A DNA stretch of 62,769 bases, the filler included, from Welwitschia mirabilis (lineage: Eukaryota): NCBI GenBank assembly GCA_051453625.1. It is 6 parts of one record of this genome, joined end to end, with 100 filler letters (N's around TTAATTAATTAA, not from the genome) between each part and the next. Parts side by side here need not be neighbours in the genome. Positions count along the whole stretch, not along the records: positions 19,038 to 27,070 come from JBOZIK010000001.1; positions 27,171 to 35,302 come from JBOZIK010000001.1; positions 35,403 to 41,008 come from JBOZIK010000001.1; 3 more parts are not named here. One strand, given 5' to 3'. Shown piece after piece: positions 24,232-36,793 of the stretch. Each line of letters opens with the position of its first letter. The first letter of the stretch is position 1. Under the pieces are notes generated by a model, which worked only from the letters and a program-made list of their open reading frames with translations, had not been told where the DNA came from and did no database searches. The translations under genes were made by a program, and so were the position numbers.

Positions 24232-26965
24232 GCCCATCGGAGTTTGGCACTGTCATCAAAGAAGCCAAGTAGGTCTTCTTGAGAGAACAAGACTCTCACT
24301 AAAGGCTACAAACAAGATTGGGTTTTTCATACTTTCTTTTATGCTTTGGTGAATTTTGATAGTGAATAAAGGAAGGGATTAGTCGACAAACTCTATTTCA
24401 GTTTGATTATTCTATGCTTCCATAGTTTTGTTTTCAATTTTAGCATTTTTCTTGCATTGATTTCTTTTAAAAATAATCCCACTTGTGCAAGTCTGGTGAT
24501 TGAGGCCTTGTGCACTCCTCAACCTGACGTTTGAAAGTCTTTTCAACACCACTTTGTGTGATCCTAATGATTAAGGCCTTATGCGCTCCTACAACTTGTG
24601 TTTAGTGGAAGTTCAAGAGATAAATCCTATACGATCCTAGTGCTTGAGGCCTTGTGCAGTCTTACACCGTGCACTTAGTGGCTAATAATGTTGTGTTTTT
24701 GTTTTTTCTTTTTTGGGGGGGTTGTTCTTGTTTACTGTTGTACTAACATTGCAGTATCCACCATCTTTCATGTCTTCATATGCCTCATGGGTTGAATAGT
24801 GATTAGAGATTAATCAGAGAAAATATCAGAGACAGATTTTTTAATTATCAGCAAAATCATGAGTATAAAACAAATACACATAGGGAAGAAGTTTACCGAG
24901 AACCATCCTTTAGTGAACCATCAAGAAATCTCCATAGTGCTGAGACTCACGAATTGCTTGATTGCAATCAATCTTCTCCTTTAAATAATTAGCGAACAAC
25001 CAACTAAACCAAACCTTCTCCCTCCATCTCACCTCCTCGCCCACTTAGCCCTTCTTTGAACAATACCATGGGACTTTAAACACACAAAATGCTCCTTTGA
25101 AGGATTCATTATTGAATAGCAATAATAGGGCTAATAATCCAATAAGTTTACCAAAGGGAGAGGGCGTTGGAACTCGTAATCTTGCAGCTTATGTCGCCTT
25201 CCACAGGCATGACCATGAAGATCCTTACAATCATCTCACTGAATTTGAGCAAATTGCCAAAACTATGGGAAAAGGGATGGAGGTGATAGAACTTCTAAAA
25301 ATCTTCCCGTTGCCTCTAAAAGAAAAAGCTAAAATGTGTTTTAACTCTTTACCCAACCATAGTCACAACTCATGGAATGACATGTGCATAGCTTTTATCA
25401 GATGTTACATGAATGGTCAATGAATTCAAGAGTTGAGAAAACAAGTTAGTGGCTCTAAGCAAAAAGATGAGGAAGACTATTGTGTAGCATTTGAATGGCC
25501 TATAGGCTATGTTACCAAAACCCAAGTAATGATTTTCAAATCCTACCAAATTGTAGGATGCCTTTTAGAAGAACTAAATCCTCAAACAAGGCAAATGGTT
25601 GATTTCGAAAGAGGGGGAACATTTTAAATAGANNNNNNNNNNNNNNNNNNNNNNNNNNNNNNNNNNNNNNNNNNNNNNNAGACTTGGCTTACATCACAAA
25701 CCAATCCCAAAAACAAATCAGTGAGAGAACTAATGAAAGAGATAAAAGCAATAGATACCCCTCAATCCTCTATATCCACTCAAAAAGTGTCATCTTTATA
25801 AGAGTCCTTCAATCTCACATAGAAAGAAGTATCATTGAACCTGAACGATTTGAAGTTCCTAAAAGAAAAGGAGAAGCCATTAGCATCCCATCAACCTTTA
25901 GCTACTTGTTGCCTTTGCAAAAAAAGTGATCACAAGACTAAACAATGTCTAGCCCTACGTACATGTGAGGAATTCATGGTTGAGAAAGTATTCGTCTTCA
26001 AAGCTCAAACTAATACATCACTTTCAAGAGATTTCAAAAGAGCGCTTAATGCCCATTTTAAATCTTTTACTAACACCACTCCTAGATTGCCTTACAATAA
26101 CCCCAATCCCTCTTATTCCAAAGGAAATACCTACACCACTTCTCCTGAACTAGCTTAAATATATATTATAAATATATATCTATAAGTTGGCCGAGATGTA
26201 TCAATATTTTCCGCCTTTTGATCACGTTTTGATTATGTGCATTTATTTGGCCCTTTTTAAAAGCTGAAAATGGCCTCATAAAATTAGGTTTATTGTTTAA
26301 AAAATTATGAGATTAAATGTTTCCAAAAAAAAAAATTAAGGTTTCCTGTTTCAAAATGTATTAGAATTGTTGTTTCAACATTTCTTACCTCTACCGTTTC
26401 CGAATTAAGTAAGTTTGATCTTTTATAAGTTTTTTTAACTAAAAATAAATTTTTAAAACACAGGCGTAACACTATCCTGGACAAATCACTCACTGAGGAT
26501 GGCCTCTCAGCCAAACAAGATTCACTTAAGTCCACATTAGATAACCTGAACAAACAAACTTATGTATCCAACAAAAACATGGAGAAGATGTTCGGCATCA
26601 CTCAACAAACCATCCCTTATGATCAAAGAAAACAAGGAACAATACCATTTCAAACTTATGCTGACCAAGGACAATGTCCAAGACTATAAAATTGTCACTC
26701 ATAGAGGCACCGATACCAACCTAGTGAAAACTCCAAACTCAAAAGAAAAGTGAGGATGAAATTGAGAAAGTTGCTCCACCAATTCAACCAGACCCATCAA
26801 CTCCATCTACATCCCATGACAATGGCAAGAGGAAACACTAGGACAGGAATGACGACTTTAGCTTTTAGAACTCAAAAGTTCAACATTAGAGTCTTTGATG
26901 CAACTGAGAGAGCTGAAGTAATGAATGAAGTCTCTAATGAAGTAGACTCCATGATTAAGGATCTC
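24232..26965 (+). mobile_element. Athila-like Ty3/gypsy 5' UTR and decayed gag
   Basis: Three TTRAGGCCTTRTGC repeats in the leader; gag AFHRHDHEDPYNHLTEF...IFPLPLKEKAKMCFNSLP..SWNDM; AT-rich insert at ~26150-26463. Confidence 0.7.
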
Positions 26966-27070
26966 TGTTAGGATCGTACAATCACCCTAGAGAGGGGGTG
27001 AATAGGGTTCTAGTGAATTTCTTACTAATTTTTTGCAATACTATACTTCTGAAAAACTTAAACAATGAAC
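26966..27070 (-). repeat. Terminus of a SIRE-like LTR inserted in the Athila-like element
   Basis: TGTTAGGATCGTACAATCACCCTAGAGAGGGGGTGAATAGGG; near reverse complement of 7257-7357. Confidence 0.8.
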
Positions 27071-27170
27071 NNNNNNNNNNNNNNNNNNNNNNNNNNNNNN
27101 NNNNNNNNNNNNNNTTAATTAATTAANNNNNNNNNNNNNNNNNNNNNNNNNNNNNNNNNNNNNNNNNNNN
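27071..27170. other. Artificial assembly linker
   Basis: N44-TTAATTAATTAA-N44. Confidence 0.95.
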
Positions 27171-27364
27171 ATGGTTAGAAATGCTCTATGCCTTATCTGA
27201 ATGCATAAAAATTCATTTTTCTTTCAAAAAGTATATGAAAACCCAAATTCTTTTGGCCTTCCGAGTTTACGCCGAGTTTTGCCGAGTTTGCTGAGTTTGG
27301 CAAACGAGTCCGAGTCCAGGGTAGCCAAACGAGTTTGGTGCCGAGTCCGAGTCTGACAACCATG
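27171..27364. mobile_element. Right end of non-autonomous hAT element inserted in gypsy RT
   Basis: Aligns with 17713-17904; ends CCGAGTCCGAGTCTGACAACCATG. Confidence 0.85.
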
Positions 27365-27984
27365 ACAGAAACGAGCCTAAAACTTTGTTGGGAGAAGAGC
27401 ATATTTTTCATGCAAAGCAGAGTTGTTCTAGGGCACATTGTTTCAAAAAACGGAATTGAGGTGGATCCTTCAAAAATTAGAGTACCTTCAAAAATTAGAG
27501 TCATCAAAGAAACGGCACCTCCAAAAGATTTGCGGCAAGTGAGGTCTTTTCGAAGGCATGTGGGATTCTATAAGAGGTCCATTAAACATTTGTCAAAAAT
27601 TTGTCAAACTCTCCATCAACTTTTAAAAAAAGACACTACCTTTGAATGGACTCATCACTGTCAAGAGCCTTTTCAAATTCTGAAAGAGAAAATGTTTACT
27701 ATGTGTATCTTGATTGGTCCAGATGTGTCAAAGCACTTTGAGCTCATGTGTGATGCCAATGATCATGCCATTTGGGAAGTCTTGGGTCAAAAAGATGGTA
27801 GGAATTATCATAACACTTCTTAGACTTGTAAAACCCTTTTAGAAGCTCAATTGAATTACAAAATTATATAGAAGAAACTACTAGCTATCGTTTATTCACT
27901 TGAAATGTTTCATCATTATCTTCTAGGGTATCACACCAATGTTTATATTGATCACTCTACTATTCATTACCTAATGACCAAAAC
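27365..27984 (+). pseudogene. Athila-like Ty3/gypsy RT C-terminus and RNase H
   Basis: LCWEKSIFFM..VVLGHIVSKNGIEVDPSKI..VRSF..GFYKR..FELMCDAND..VLGQ..AQLNY..KLLAIV..VYIDH; 18-bp in-frame duplication (PSKIRV x2). Confidence 0.85.
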
Positions 27985-28084
27985 GACAGTAAGGGCTTAT
28001 CTTCTTGTCGAATCAAGAGCTCGAAGACCCAGACTGAAGGCAAACCTTGAAGTTGCAGAACGTGAAACTGAATTCTAGATTTGA

Positions 28085-28463
28085 TCCCTAAAGCTAGGAT
28101 GGAGACCAGAGTCGGATAAGGAAGAAGAACTAGAAGGGGGATTGAGTTCCACACCCTAGGCAGGGAACACCTTGCACATGGAATCTGGCTACTGAAGGAA
28201 GAGGGAAGGATTCTTGGAGCTGAGATGGAGACCGGAGTCAGACGAGGGAGAAGAACTAGAAGGGGGGATTGAATTCCACACCTTAGGCATGGAACCCCTT
28301 GCGCGTGGAATCTGGTTAGTGAAGGATAAGGGAAGGATCCCTACAGCTGAGATGAAGACCAAAGTCAGACGAGGAAGAAGAATTGGAGGGGGGTTGAATT
28401 CCATACCTTGGGTGTGGAACGCCTTGCGTGTGGAATCTAGTTGATGAAAGAAGAGGGAAGGAG
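28085..28463. repeat. Three-copy tandem array, 126-127-bp unit
   Basis: GATGRAGACC...GAAGAAYTRGA...TTCCAYACC...CCTTGC...TGGAATCT...GGGAAGGA; anchor motif at 28098, 28224 and 28351. Confidence 0.9.
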
Positions 28464-29269
28464 GGAGGAAGAAAGACAGGAGAAAGAAAGAAAGAAAAGA
28501 GAACAAGAGAGAGAGAGGGGGGGGTGGAAGGAGAGAAAAACAAGGGTAAAGAAAAAAGGATAAGATAGGAAAGAAGGTTGGGTGGAGGAAGGAGCTGAGC
28601 CAGCATTTAGGGGTTAGTTTGGTATCCAACACTTGCCTGCCACCAAGCATCCATGTAAGAGAAGAGGCTAAGAATGAGAAATTAAAGGTTAAGGAAATTT
28701 AATGGTGTAATCAGGGTAGGTTTATATTTTAACTGGAGTAATTCGAACTTCATCTTTTGATGTAACTTGTATGAGGTACAAAAGTTGGGGACCCACTGCA
28801 CATCTTTTTCGGAAAGATTCCTCCTTTTTAATGCTTCTAGCCTTTCTTTATGAGAAGGGGGACCCAACTCCTCATTTTGCACATACCAACTACCAATTTT
28901 CTTGACTTCTGCGCAAGTTTTTTTAATTTATTTTTGGTGGCTTTTGTGCACATGCTTTCAGGATGGCCAACCAATCTTCTAAAATCACCTTGAAGATTGG
29001 ATCTTCTTCTAAAGCTACAAAAGGGGACCAAAGGACTCTCTCTGCCTCCCCCACAAGTGAGTTGTCCCTTCATCTTCATTTATCTTGGTAGAGTAACTTC
29101 TCTTAGATTTCTACTTTCTTGAGCTTTCCCCTTGAAATGGTATCTTCTTGTTCTTTAAACCCCACTAGCATGATTCCCATGGGGACTCATTCGTATCAAT
29201 GGGTAATAGGGTGTACTAGTGGGAAGAAGGTATGGTGGAAATATAGAATTGTTGATCACTACTCCCTCC

Positions 29270-30850
29270 TTAGTTCATCCAAGAAGATAAAACATTGGCT
29301 GGGAACTTGAAACAAGCTGGGTTGTATCAGCTAGCTCTCTTCCTAGCCTTTAAGTCGCCCTAGCTCACATAAAAGACATCATGTCACGCTGGGATTCAGT
29401 GGACAGGAAGAGTTGGTTCCACTATGTTTATCTTCCCAAATTACCGAATCCAACTAACATCCGAGTTCCATTGTTTGTAGATGACATTGGTCAGATGCTC
29501 GACCTTCCTTCCAAGAATCAGCCAGATGTTCAGATGATTTAGGGGACAGCTTCAAAGAATCTCCCAAACCTCTTAGAAGAGTGGAGGTTGCCTAAAGTCT
29601 CTGCTAAGGGACTTAAAAGTGAGAAGGGGATTTTTTTCTCTCTTCTCTAGGAAGCAATCTGATCTATGTGCCTCTTCGCTTGTTCCATGTTGATACTCTT
29701 TAATAAGGGGGAACACATCCCTCAGTTATTCTTTGAGGCTATGTGTGAGGCAGTGACTCACAGGACCAAATACACCTAGACAAAACTAGTGAACGAAAAG
29801 GTGTCTGACAACTTCACCCATTGCTAAAATAATGAAAAGATGTGTAGTAGCCTTCTATGCATTGGCCATGAGAGTCATCTGGGAGTACGCTAGTGAGGAA
29901 AGATGTCTCATCTCTTCCTAAGGGTAGGGATGCCACATTTAGCTCCCATTCTTTCCTCAATGCTGGTTTACTATAAAGGAGTGAAGTTGGAAAAACTATA
30001 TATCTCACCAAATGACTGAAAGGAGGAGTGGGACGCCTTTGCAAATAAAAATAGAAACCTACATTGCAAACTTTCTGTCAAAGGGTAAAGGTCTTTCTTC
30101 TACCAAGGGTCCGTCAAGTAAGGGAAAAGAGGTGGAGATCCAACAGTGCCCCTTGCTAGATGATGATGAAGTGGCAATACTAGAGGAGATGTCTAGTAAA
30201 TTTGCTTTTCTTTCTTCCTCTTCTCCTTTGTCTTTCCTTTTCTCCAAATTTGAGATAATCTTCTTTTTGCAAGAGAGGAGTTGGCTTAACTACACAACAA
30301 AGGACCCTTCACTCTGATGGAGGGCTCCTGCTTGGGAAGTAGGGCGAGGACCATGATATCAGAGGAGGAGAAGCCTACGCAAAATGTAGCACCTTCTCCC
30401 TGTGAGTAGATAATTCCTCCCTTCCTTCCTTCTGGTAAATTGTATAGCCTAGATCATGCTCTAATGGTTTCCATTGTCTGCCCTGTTTCAAGGAGAGACT
30501 AGTCTCCACCTATTCCAGAGGCGTTCTCCTCAAAAGTGGCCGAATATGTGGTGATGGCGCTATCCCATCTGAAGCAGCAGTCCAACAATGATGAGAAACA
30601 TGAGTTAGAATAGTTGTGGACTAAGGAGGCCAAGGCTCGGCTTTAAGTGGAGGAGGCAGAAAGGAGGGCCGCAACAGTGGAAGAAATGGCCTCAAGGTCA
30701 AAGGGAACACTCGCTAGGCTAAAAGCAAGGAGAGGGAAGAACTGGAAGTTAGCAAAGAGCTTGCATAAGCTAGTAGAAAACCGTGTCAAGAAGAAGAGGA
30801 TCCCAGCTGAGCTAGTGCAAGTGAGGATCCTTCCTACTCCTCCATAGAGT
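29270..30850 (+). pseudogene. Decayed antisense ORF of the Tat-like element with a coiled-coil-like C-terminus
   Basis: Broken coding-like frames opposite to pol (..LFFEAMCEAVTHRTKY.., PSSKGKEVEI, EEAERRAATVEEMASRSKGTLARLKA); position downstream of INT is typical of Tat extra ORFs. Confidence 0.45.
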
Positions 30851-31449
30851 TTCAAAGACCGTCTATGTGGTGATGAAGATGATGCCTCCTAGAATTCTAA
30901 CGAAAGCTCATAGAATTTGTTGTCATGCTACTTATCTTTGTTTCTCCTTTGTTGTAGCCTTCTTCATTGCTTTCCGAAAATTGTACAAAGACAAAACTCT
31001 GCCTTCATGTAATAACTTCTCATTTTCTTTTCATATAAGAAGTCTCTCGATTCCATTTAAAATTATGCACTCTGATTTCTAGTAACTCCTACTAATTGTT
31101 GTCTATTAACTTTACTACCAAAAGAGATTGCAAAATGAACTAAAATGGTTGTCCTAAATGTATAAGATATTTGAGGGAAAGAAAGAAGGTTTACCCTCAA
31201 GAGCAACCCAGAAGAGCTCTGAAATAGTGGCGGAGGTGATAGTTGTCCCAGCTAGAGAGAAGAGAATTTTTGATGTCCCCCAACCTTGTTTGCAACCAAA
31301 TCTCTCACCAATACCAATCTCTGATATGGAAGCCTTTCAAAGAGAGCCAGTTTTTGTCCAATAGAGAGCATGTTGTCTCAACATGGCATGAAGGGCTTCA
31401 TCTCGGGTGTCTTGTAATTCCAAGAGAGCCAGTTTTTGTCCAATAGAGC

Positions 31450-34400
31450 TTCCACGGAGCTCAAATATGCCTCCATGAAGTCACAAGTTTTTAGCCAAAA
31501 CTAGATTGTAAGACAAGGCCTTTAGCAATACACCAAATAGTAAGGGTTGGATTAGATGCTGACTTTGTGCCTTAATCTATCAGCCCAACTTCTTGGTCTC
31601 TTCTAAAGAGCCAACTCCATACCTTCGTAGAAGCCTAAGGTCTCTTCTATTCCCACTGAGGAGGGGAAAGATGTTGCGACCATTGTCTTCTTTATCCCTA
31701 TCAACAAATTCTTCTTAGAGGACTCCGCTAGGCTATTTCCTTGAGGGTAGTACTTTCTATGAATCTCGAGGAAAATCCTGTTATCATAGCACCATTCTGC
31801 AAACCAGATGAAGGTGAAGATTGCTTTATCACAGACCAAAGTATAGGAATGCCTAAAACAAGTGATGATGTTTCTTTCTTAAAAATCTATTACCATTTTT
31901 GTATTTGACTGTCTAATTGCAACTACCTCCATCCACCTTGTACTATAGTTTGTAGTTGTGAAGATGAACGAATGCCCAATAGAAGAAGAGGGATAAATCT
32001 TTCCAATAAAATTGAGTGCCCCCTTCATGAAAGGCTGAATCTCAAGGATTGGAAGAAAGGGAAGAGCTGGATTTCTATCTCTAGAAGCGAAGCAATGGCA
32101 AATATCACATGTCTGTACATCATTAAATGCATCCTTTGCCATCGTCGGCCAGTAATAGCCTACCTGCATAATCTTTGCTGCTAGTAATCTAGTAGAAGTG
32201 TGTCCTCCATCTATTTTGTGGTGAAAATCTTGCAGTAACTCCTTGAGTTCGTCCTTCGTAAAACATCGAAGATAGACCTCACTCTAATTCTTGCGAAAGA
32301 GGACTCCATTCAAATCATAAATCGAGCTGCTCTTACTTTAAATGCCTTTCTAAACGATACGGATGTGTTCTCAAGTAAAGATCCATTAGACAAGTAAAGA
32401 TAGATGGACTTTTACCAAGGTTCACCTAAGAATCTGGCGAAGATGATGGGGAAGAGGAAAGTTTTACCTAGTTAGGCCTCCACCTCTGAGTGGGTTGTTA
32501 GGAGATCTCTTGTGAAACATAAACCTCTAACCAGCTTGGTAAGAGACAGTTGAATGTCATAGTCATTAAGCTTGGAAATCCCTTATGCTCTCCTCAGGTT
32601 GGCGTCTCTTTCCTCTAACAGGGATTTCACAACTGGCTCTGTCACTACACCCGAAACCTTGGCCCTCAAAATATATTACTTGAACCTCTTTAGGGCCTTG
32701 ATAAGGGCGAAGGCTTGCTTCTCTAGGTAATGGTAAGACAGATCTGCATTTTTGAATTGTTCGCTCACGAAGGAGATTGGGCATTCACCATGCCAACCCT
32801 CTAGGTCTTCTGTTTTCTATCTTCTATGTAAGAACAGTGGTGGTTGTGATATCAAAAGCACAAGCGTGGAAGAAAAACTCCTTCGAGAAGTTTGGACTGA
32901 CCAGCGGAGGGGAGGCGACTACTGCCTTCTTGTTCAACTCAAACGCTTTCTTTCCATCAAATGATCAGAAGAATGGGGCGTTTTTCTTTAGTAGTGGCAT
33001 GAGGGGGGTCACTATCTCGATGAATCCATGGATGAATCTCCTTAAAAAGTTAATCTTTACTAAGAAAGATTGTAACTCCTTAAGGTATCCAGGCATAGGT
33101 ATCTTCTATTTAATCTGAGCTCTCTCTGGATCAACTAGGATTCTTTGATTTGAAACAAGATAGTCGAGCAGCTTGCCCAAGAAAACTACAATGATACTCT
33201 TCTTGGGTTAAGAGAAACTCCATATTCCCTGAAACATATAAACATCTTCCTTAGGTCTGCTACATGGTCTGCCCACTTGTTGGAATAGATAGCAATGTCA
33301 TCTAGATAAACCCCCATGTGCTTCCCAATCAAACCTGCCAAGGTATGTTCCAGAGCTCTCTAAAAGGTAGCCCTATTGTTGATCAATCCAAATGGCATCC
33401 TCTTATAGGCATACATTCCCCACTTAGTGGTGAATGTTGTCTTGATCCAGCCAAAAGTAGCCACTTAGATCTAATTGTATCCGAAGAAACCACCCAAAAA
33501 GATAGCATCTTTGCTCTAGATACGTTCTCCAAGATCTCATCGATGGTAGAACTGCGATAGTTGTGTTTTACTGATGCCCTATTCAGGTTCCTAAAGTCCA
33601 CACACAAACAAATCTCCCCACTCTTTTTCCTAACTGGGACTAGATGAGCCACCTAGGTGGTGTACCTAACTAGATAGATAATGCCTAATTGTAGCAATTT
33701 ATCAACTTCTTTCTTGATCAAGCGTTCCAAAACTAAGCTCTCCTCTCTCTCTCTCTCTGTTGGAAGAGCTTAATACTCCCCGAGTAGAAGGGTGTAAGTA
33801 AGAATTTTTGGATTGAATCCCTTCAACTCTTCACATGACCAAGTGAAAACGTCCTTGATTTTTTGACAAAGGGACAGAACTATCTGTCTTTCTTAGGTGG
33901 AATAGACTCTCCCTGTTTTTACCATGTGGGGTTTCTAAGACCAAAGTTTACCTCTTCCACCTTTCATCTGTGAATTTCTTGTGAAAAGGCAGGTCTAATT
34001 CTATATCAAAGAACTTCTCTAGCTGGATAAACCCAACTAGAATTGTACTAGTTCGCAGCTGCAAGATGACATCTTTTCTGAAGTGGCCATTTTTCTTTGT
34101 ATCTTCTTCCTCATCTATGGTTTGCTTCTCAAACTCTTCTCAGTTTTATAGGAACCTTAAGATGTGGTCATCTCCTTGCAAGATTTGAAAGTCTTTAATA
34201 TTATCAGGAATTAAGCTCTCAAAAAGGATGGTGATTTGGAGTCCTTGAATGGTTGGGGCATCCACTGAGGCTCCTATGGTAGTGGAAGCACCAACCTTAT
34301 TTACTAGGGAGATCCGCCCCCTTGGAATCTACCAAAGAGACCATGCTTCAAATTGCCCCAAAAGATCTAGGGCTTGAGCTTTGTAAGCTTTCAACATAGG

Positions 34401-35200
34401 ATTATGGGTTTGGTACTCCCCTTTAATTTCTTTGATAACCACCTCCGAGTCTCCAAGAATGTGGGCCTTCTTGATCTTATTCTTGAGCGCCATATTTGAG
34501 AGCTTGCATGAGGGCTTCAGACTCTATGGCATTGTTAGACGCAATGAATCCTAGCCTAAAAATTCTTAGCGGAGATTGTCCAGCTAATGATTTCATTACT
34601 ATCCCTACCCCTAAACCCCTGGCATTAGTGTCATCAAAGAACAAAAACCAAGTTTTGCTGCAAGAGGCATTGGGGAGGTTCTCCTGGACCTCAGCTTCCA
34701 TGGATTCTCTGATATCATAGAAATACGTCACCAATTTTAAGTCTCGGACAGGCTCTTCAGGGTTGGAAATCTTAGTGTCGTAAGTTGTCACATTATACTT
34801 CAAGTAATGTTCTCTCTCAATCCGAATCTGGTTTAAAACGCCCTTCCAAGGCAAACACATATGAGAGTATTTAGAAAATATATAGGCGTTGAGAAAGCAT
34901 GCCCAACTCCAACTTAGCAAGGCACCATAAATCGTAGGGATATTGACAACACAAAAGTGTGTCACACTCATAATCCTTGGATCAACAGCTAACTAAACCT
35001 TGACATCCTTCAAGATCCCTTGGACTTTAACGTTGGTTCTGTCGAGTTGGACCATGGTTTTACTACATTCTACTAGAGTAAGGTCCATTTGCTTAGACAC
35101 TTCAGTAAGGAGGATGTTGGTTGAGGTTCCTGAGTCTATAAGACAATTATGAACATTCTCACAAAACACTAGCCATGTGACAAGGAAGGAATGTACTTTC
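31450..35200 (-). pseudogene. Tat-like pol: protease, additional RNase H, RT, RNase H, integrase
   Basis: VHNCLIDSGTSTNI; WFLFFDD..SNNAIESEAL..ILGDSEVVI; LVPVRKKSGEICLCVDFRNLN; VYLDD; LEKQAFALIKALKRF; GYYWPTM..CDIC; TNYSTRWME. Confidence 0.88.
34300..34660 (-). pseudogene. Additional (archaeal-like) RNase H domain between protease and RT
   Basis: TWFLFFDDTNARGLGVGIVMKS...FRLGFIASNNAIESEALMQAL, then after a frameshift IKKAHILGDSEVVIKEIKGEYQTHNPMLKAYK. Confidence 0.85.
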
Positions 35201-35302
35201 TTTCTAGCAGTGAAATGGTAGCCTTAGCCTCCAACTTAGCAACGTTCATCTCCAGAGGGTCATCTTCCAATCGTGGAGCGTTCGTCGTCATGCAAGCCTG
35301 AG

Positions 35303-35402
35303 NNNNNNNNNNNNNNNNNNNNNNNNNNNNNNNNNNNNNNNNNNNNTTAATTAATTAANNNNNNNNNNNNNNNNNNNNNNNNNNNNNNNNNNNNNNNNNN
35401 NN
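35303..35402. other. Artificial assembly linker
   Basis: N44-TTAATTAATTAA-N44. Confidence 0.95.
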
Positions 35403-36793
35403 TGTTGGTTAGCTGGTGTCGGATTCATACTGGGAGCGGTGGAAGTGCTAGTGAGATCCTTTTCTTTTCCTTTGGATCTTTTCTCCTTATCTTCAATCAT
35501 AATGGGTCATGGGTCTAAGTCCAAGGGCCTCTCTGCTAGCAACACCTGCCTTTTTGGTGTGAATGGAAGTCTAGAGGGTGACATGTCCTCCACAAGGTGT
35601 ACTAGTGCACTTTCACTTTTGTGGGGAATAGATGTCATGCTCACTTCTCCAAAGGAGTCTGTGATATCAAAATAGTATGTTCCCTTCCAGGGAGGGAGCG
35701 GGGCGCGGGGGGGCGCCCAAAGAAGTCTTCATGATGTTCTACATCTGGAGACACTCTTGACAAGTCTCTCTAGAGTGGTTGGTTGTTTGATGGAAAGGGT
35801 AGAAATCATGAAGCGATGAACATTAGAATCTTCTCTTAAGGGCTGAGTGCACAGCTGTTTTGGATCGCAGGTAGCATTTGGGAACCACTTCACTCTTGAT
35901 GTTTCTTCCCTTTCTTGGCCTCTTTTTCGCTAAGAGATTTTGAGGCTCTACGTATCCTAGGTTAACTTTCTTAGCATTCTACCAAGAGCTTCTATTTCTC
36001 TGCCTGCTTCCGAAGTGCAAGAGGCTCCTATGTAAGTAGAAGGTGTATTTGGAGGTAGCAGAATTGGATTGAGAGGTTGTAAAGAAGAAAAAGAAAAAGT
36101 CTAAGAAGAAGCAAAAGAAGTAGAGAGAGGAAAAGAAGGTATAAGAAACAATGAGGTCACAGATGTGGTGGGGCTTAGTACATAGGGTAGCTAAGGTGAA
36201 CAAGCATCCGCAAGATTAAAAGTAGTAGTAAAAGGAAGCAGCGTGATGTTTGGGGGTAATGAAATGCAAGTGCTTAGATGAACGACGTTCGAATGACCAT
36301 ATGGAGTGACAGGCATAAGCCTCTCTAGGCAAATTGTCTCACTCATAAGATCTTGGAGACTATTTAAATTAGGTCTCTACTCCAAGAACACCGGATCATT
36401 CCATCTAGAGCAGATTTGTACACCACAATAAAATGGAAGGTTGATGGCTTATACTAGACTAGAAGTCTATTATAGATGATCTAAAAATGATTGTCGAACA
36501 CTTAGACTATCTCCATGTGCTCTTTCAATGGTTGCAAAATACCAATATAGGGTCTCCGGATCCGTCTGCCCCGAATTACTAGAAGAACGCCTAAATAAGT
36601 TTGTTCCACAAGCTAATGGAATTGGAGGGCAAACAAAGATACCAAAGCTATGCCTCTCCTATGAAATAGAGGAGAAACAACGGACAAGTGACATCCTCAT
36701 GCTACACACCTAGAAAATGCAATCCCTTGGTCAAAGTGGTAATGCGGTCTTCTAGGGCAAGGGAAGAATGAGAGCTCTAGGCTTGGATGAACT

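Larger units (their letters stand above)
27985..36793 (-). mobile_element. Tat-group Ty3/gypsy element, PR-aRH-RT-RH-INT order, LTRs not resolved
   Basis: Minus-strand PR (~35130), aRH (~34300-34660), RT (YLDD ~33300), RH (~32550-32900), INT (~31450-32300); antisense ORF and tandem repeats downstream; boundaries approximate. Confidence 0.8.

Noticed and set aside
26150-26463. AT-rich insert in Athila-like gag as a defined MITE
   Set aside because: The right end TTTTAAAACACAG is TIR-like, but no left TIR or TSD was found
18930-27372. ACAGAAAC at 18930-18937 and 27365-27372 as the TSD of a large hAT capturing the PIP5K exon
   Set aside because: The left copy is part of an LTR terminus and the right copy is gypsy RT coding sequence. 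The flanks do not rejoin into one target, and two linkers intervene.
28085-28463. Repeat arrays (also 37558-37660 and 9318-9800) as CRISPR-like
   Set aside because: Eukaryotic context, no unique spacers, no cas genes; all lie inside retroelements
28189-28650. Hydrophobic 153-aa ORF as a membrane or envelope protein
   Set aside because: It is the reverse translation of an AG-rich tract and tandem repeats
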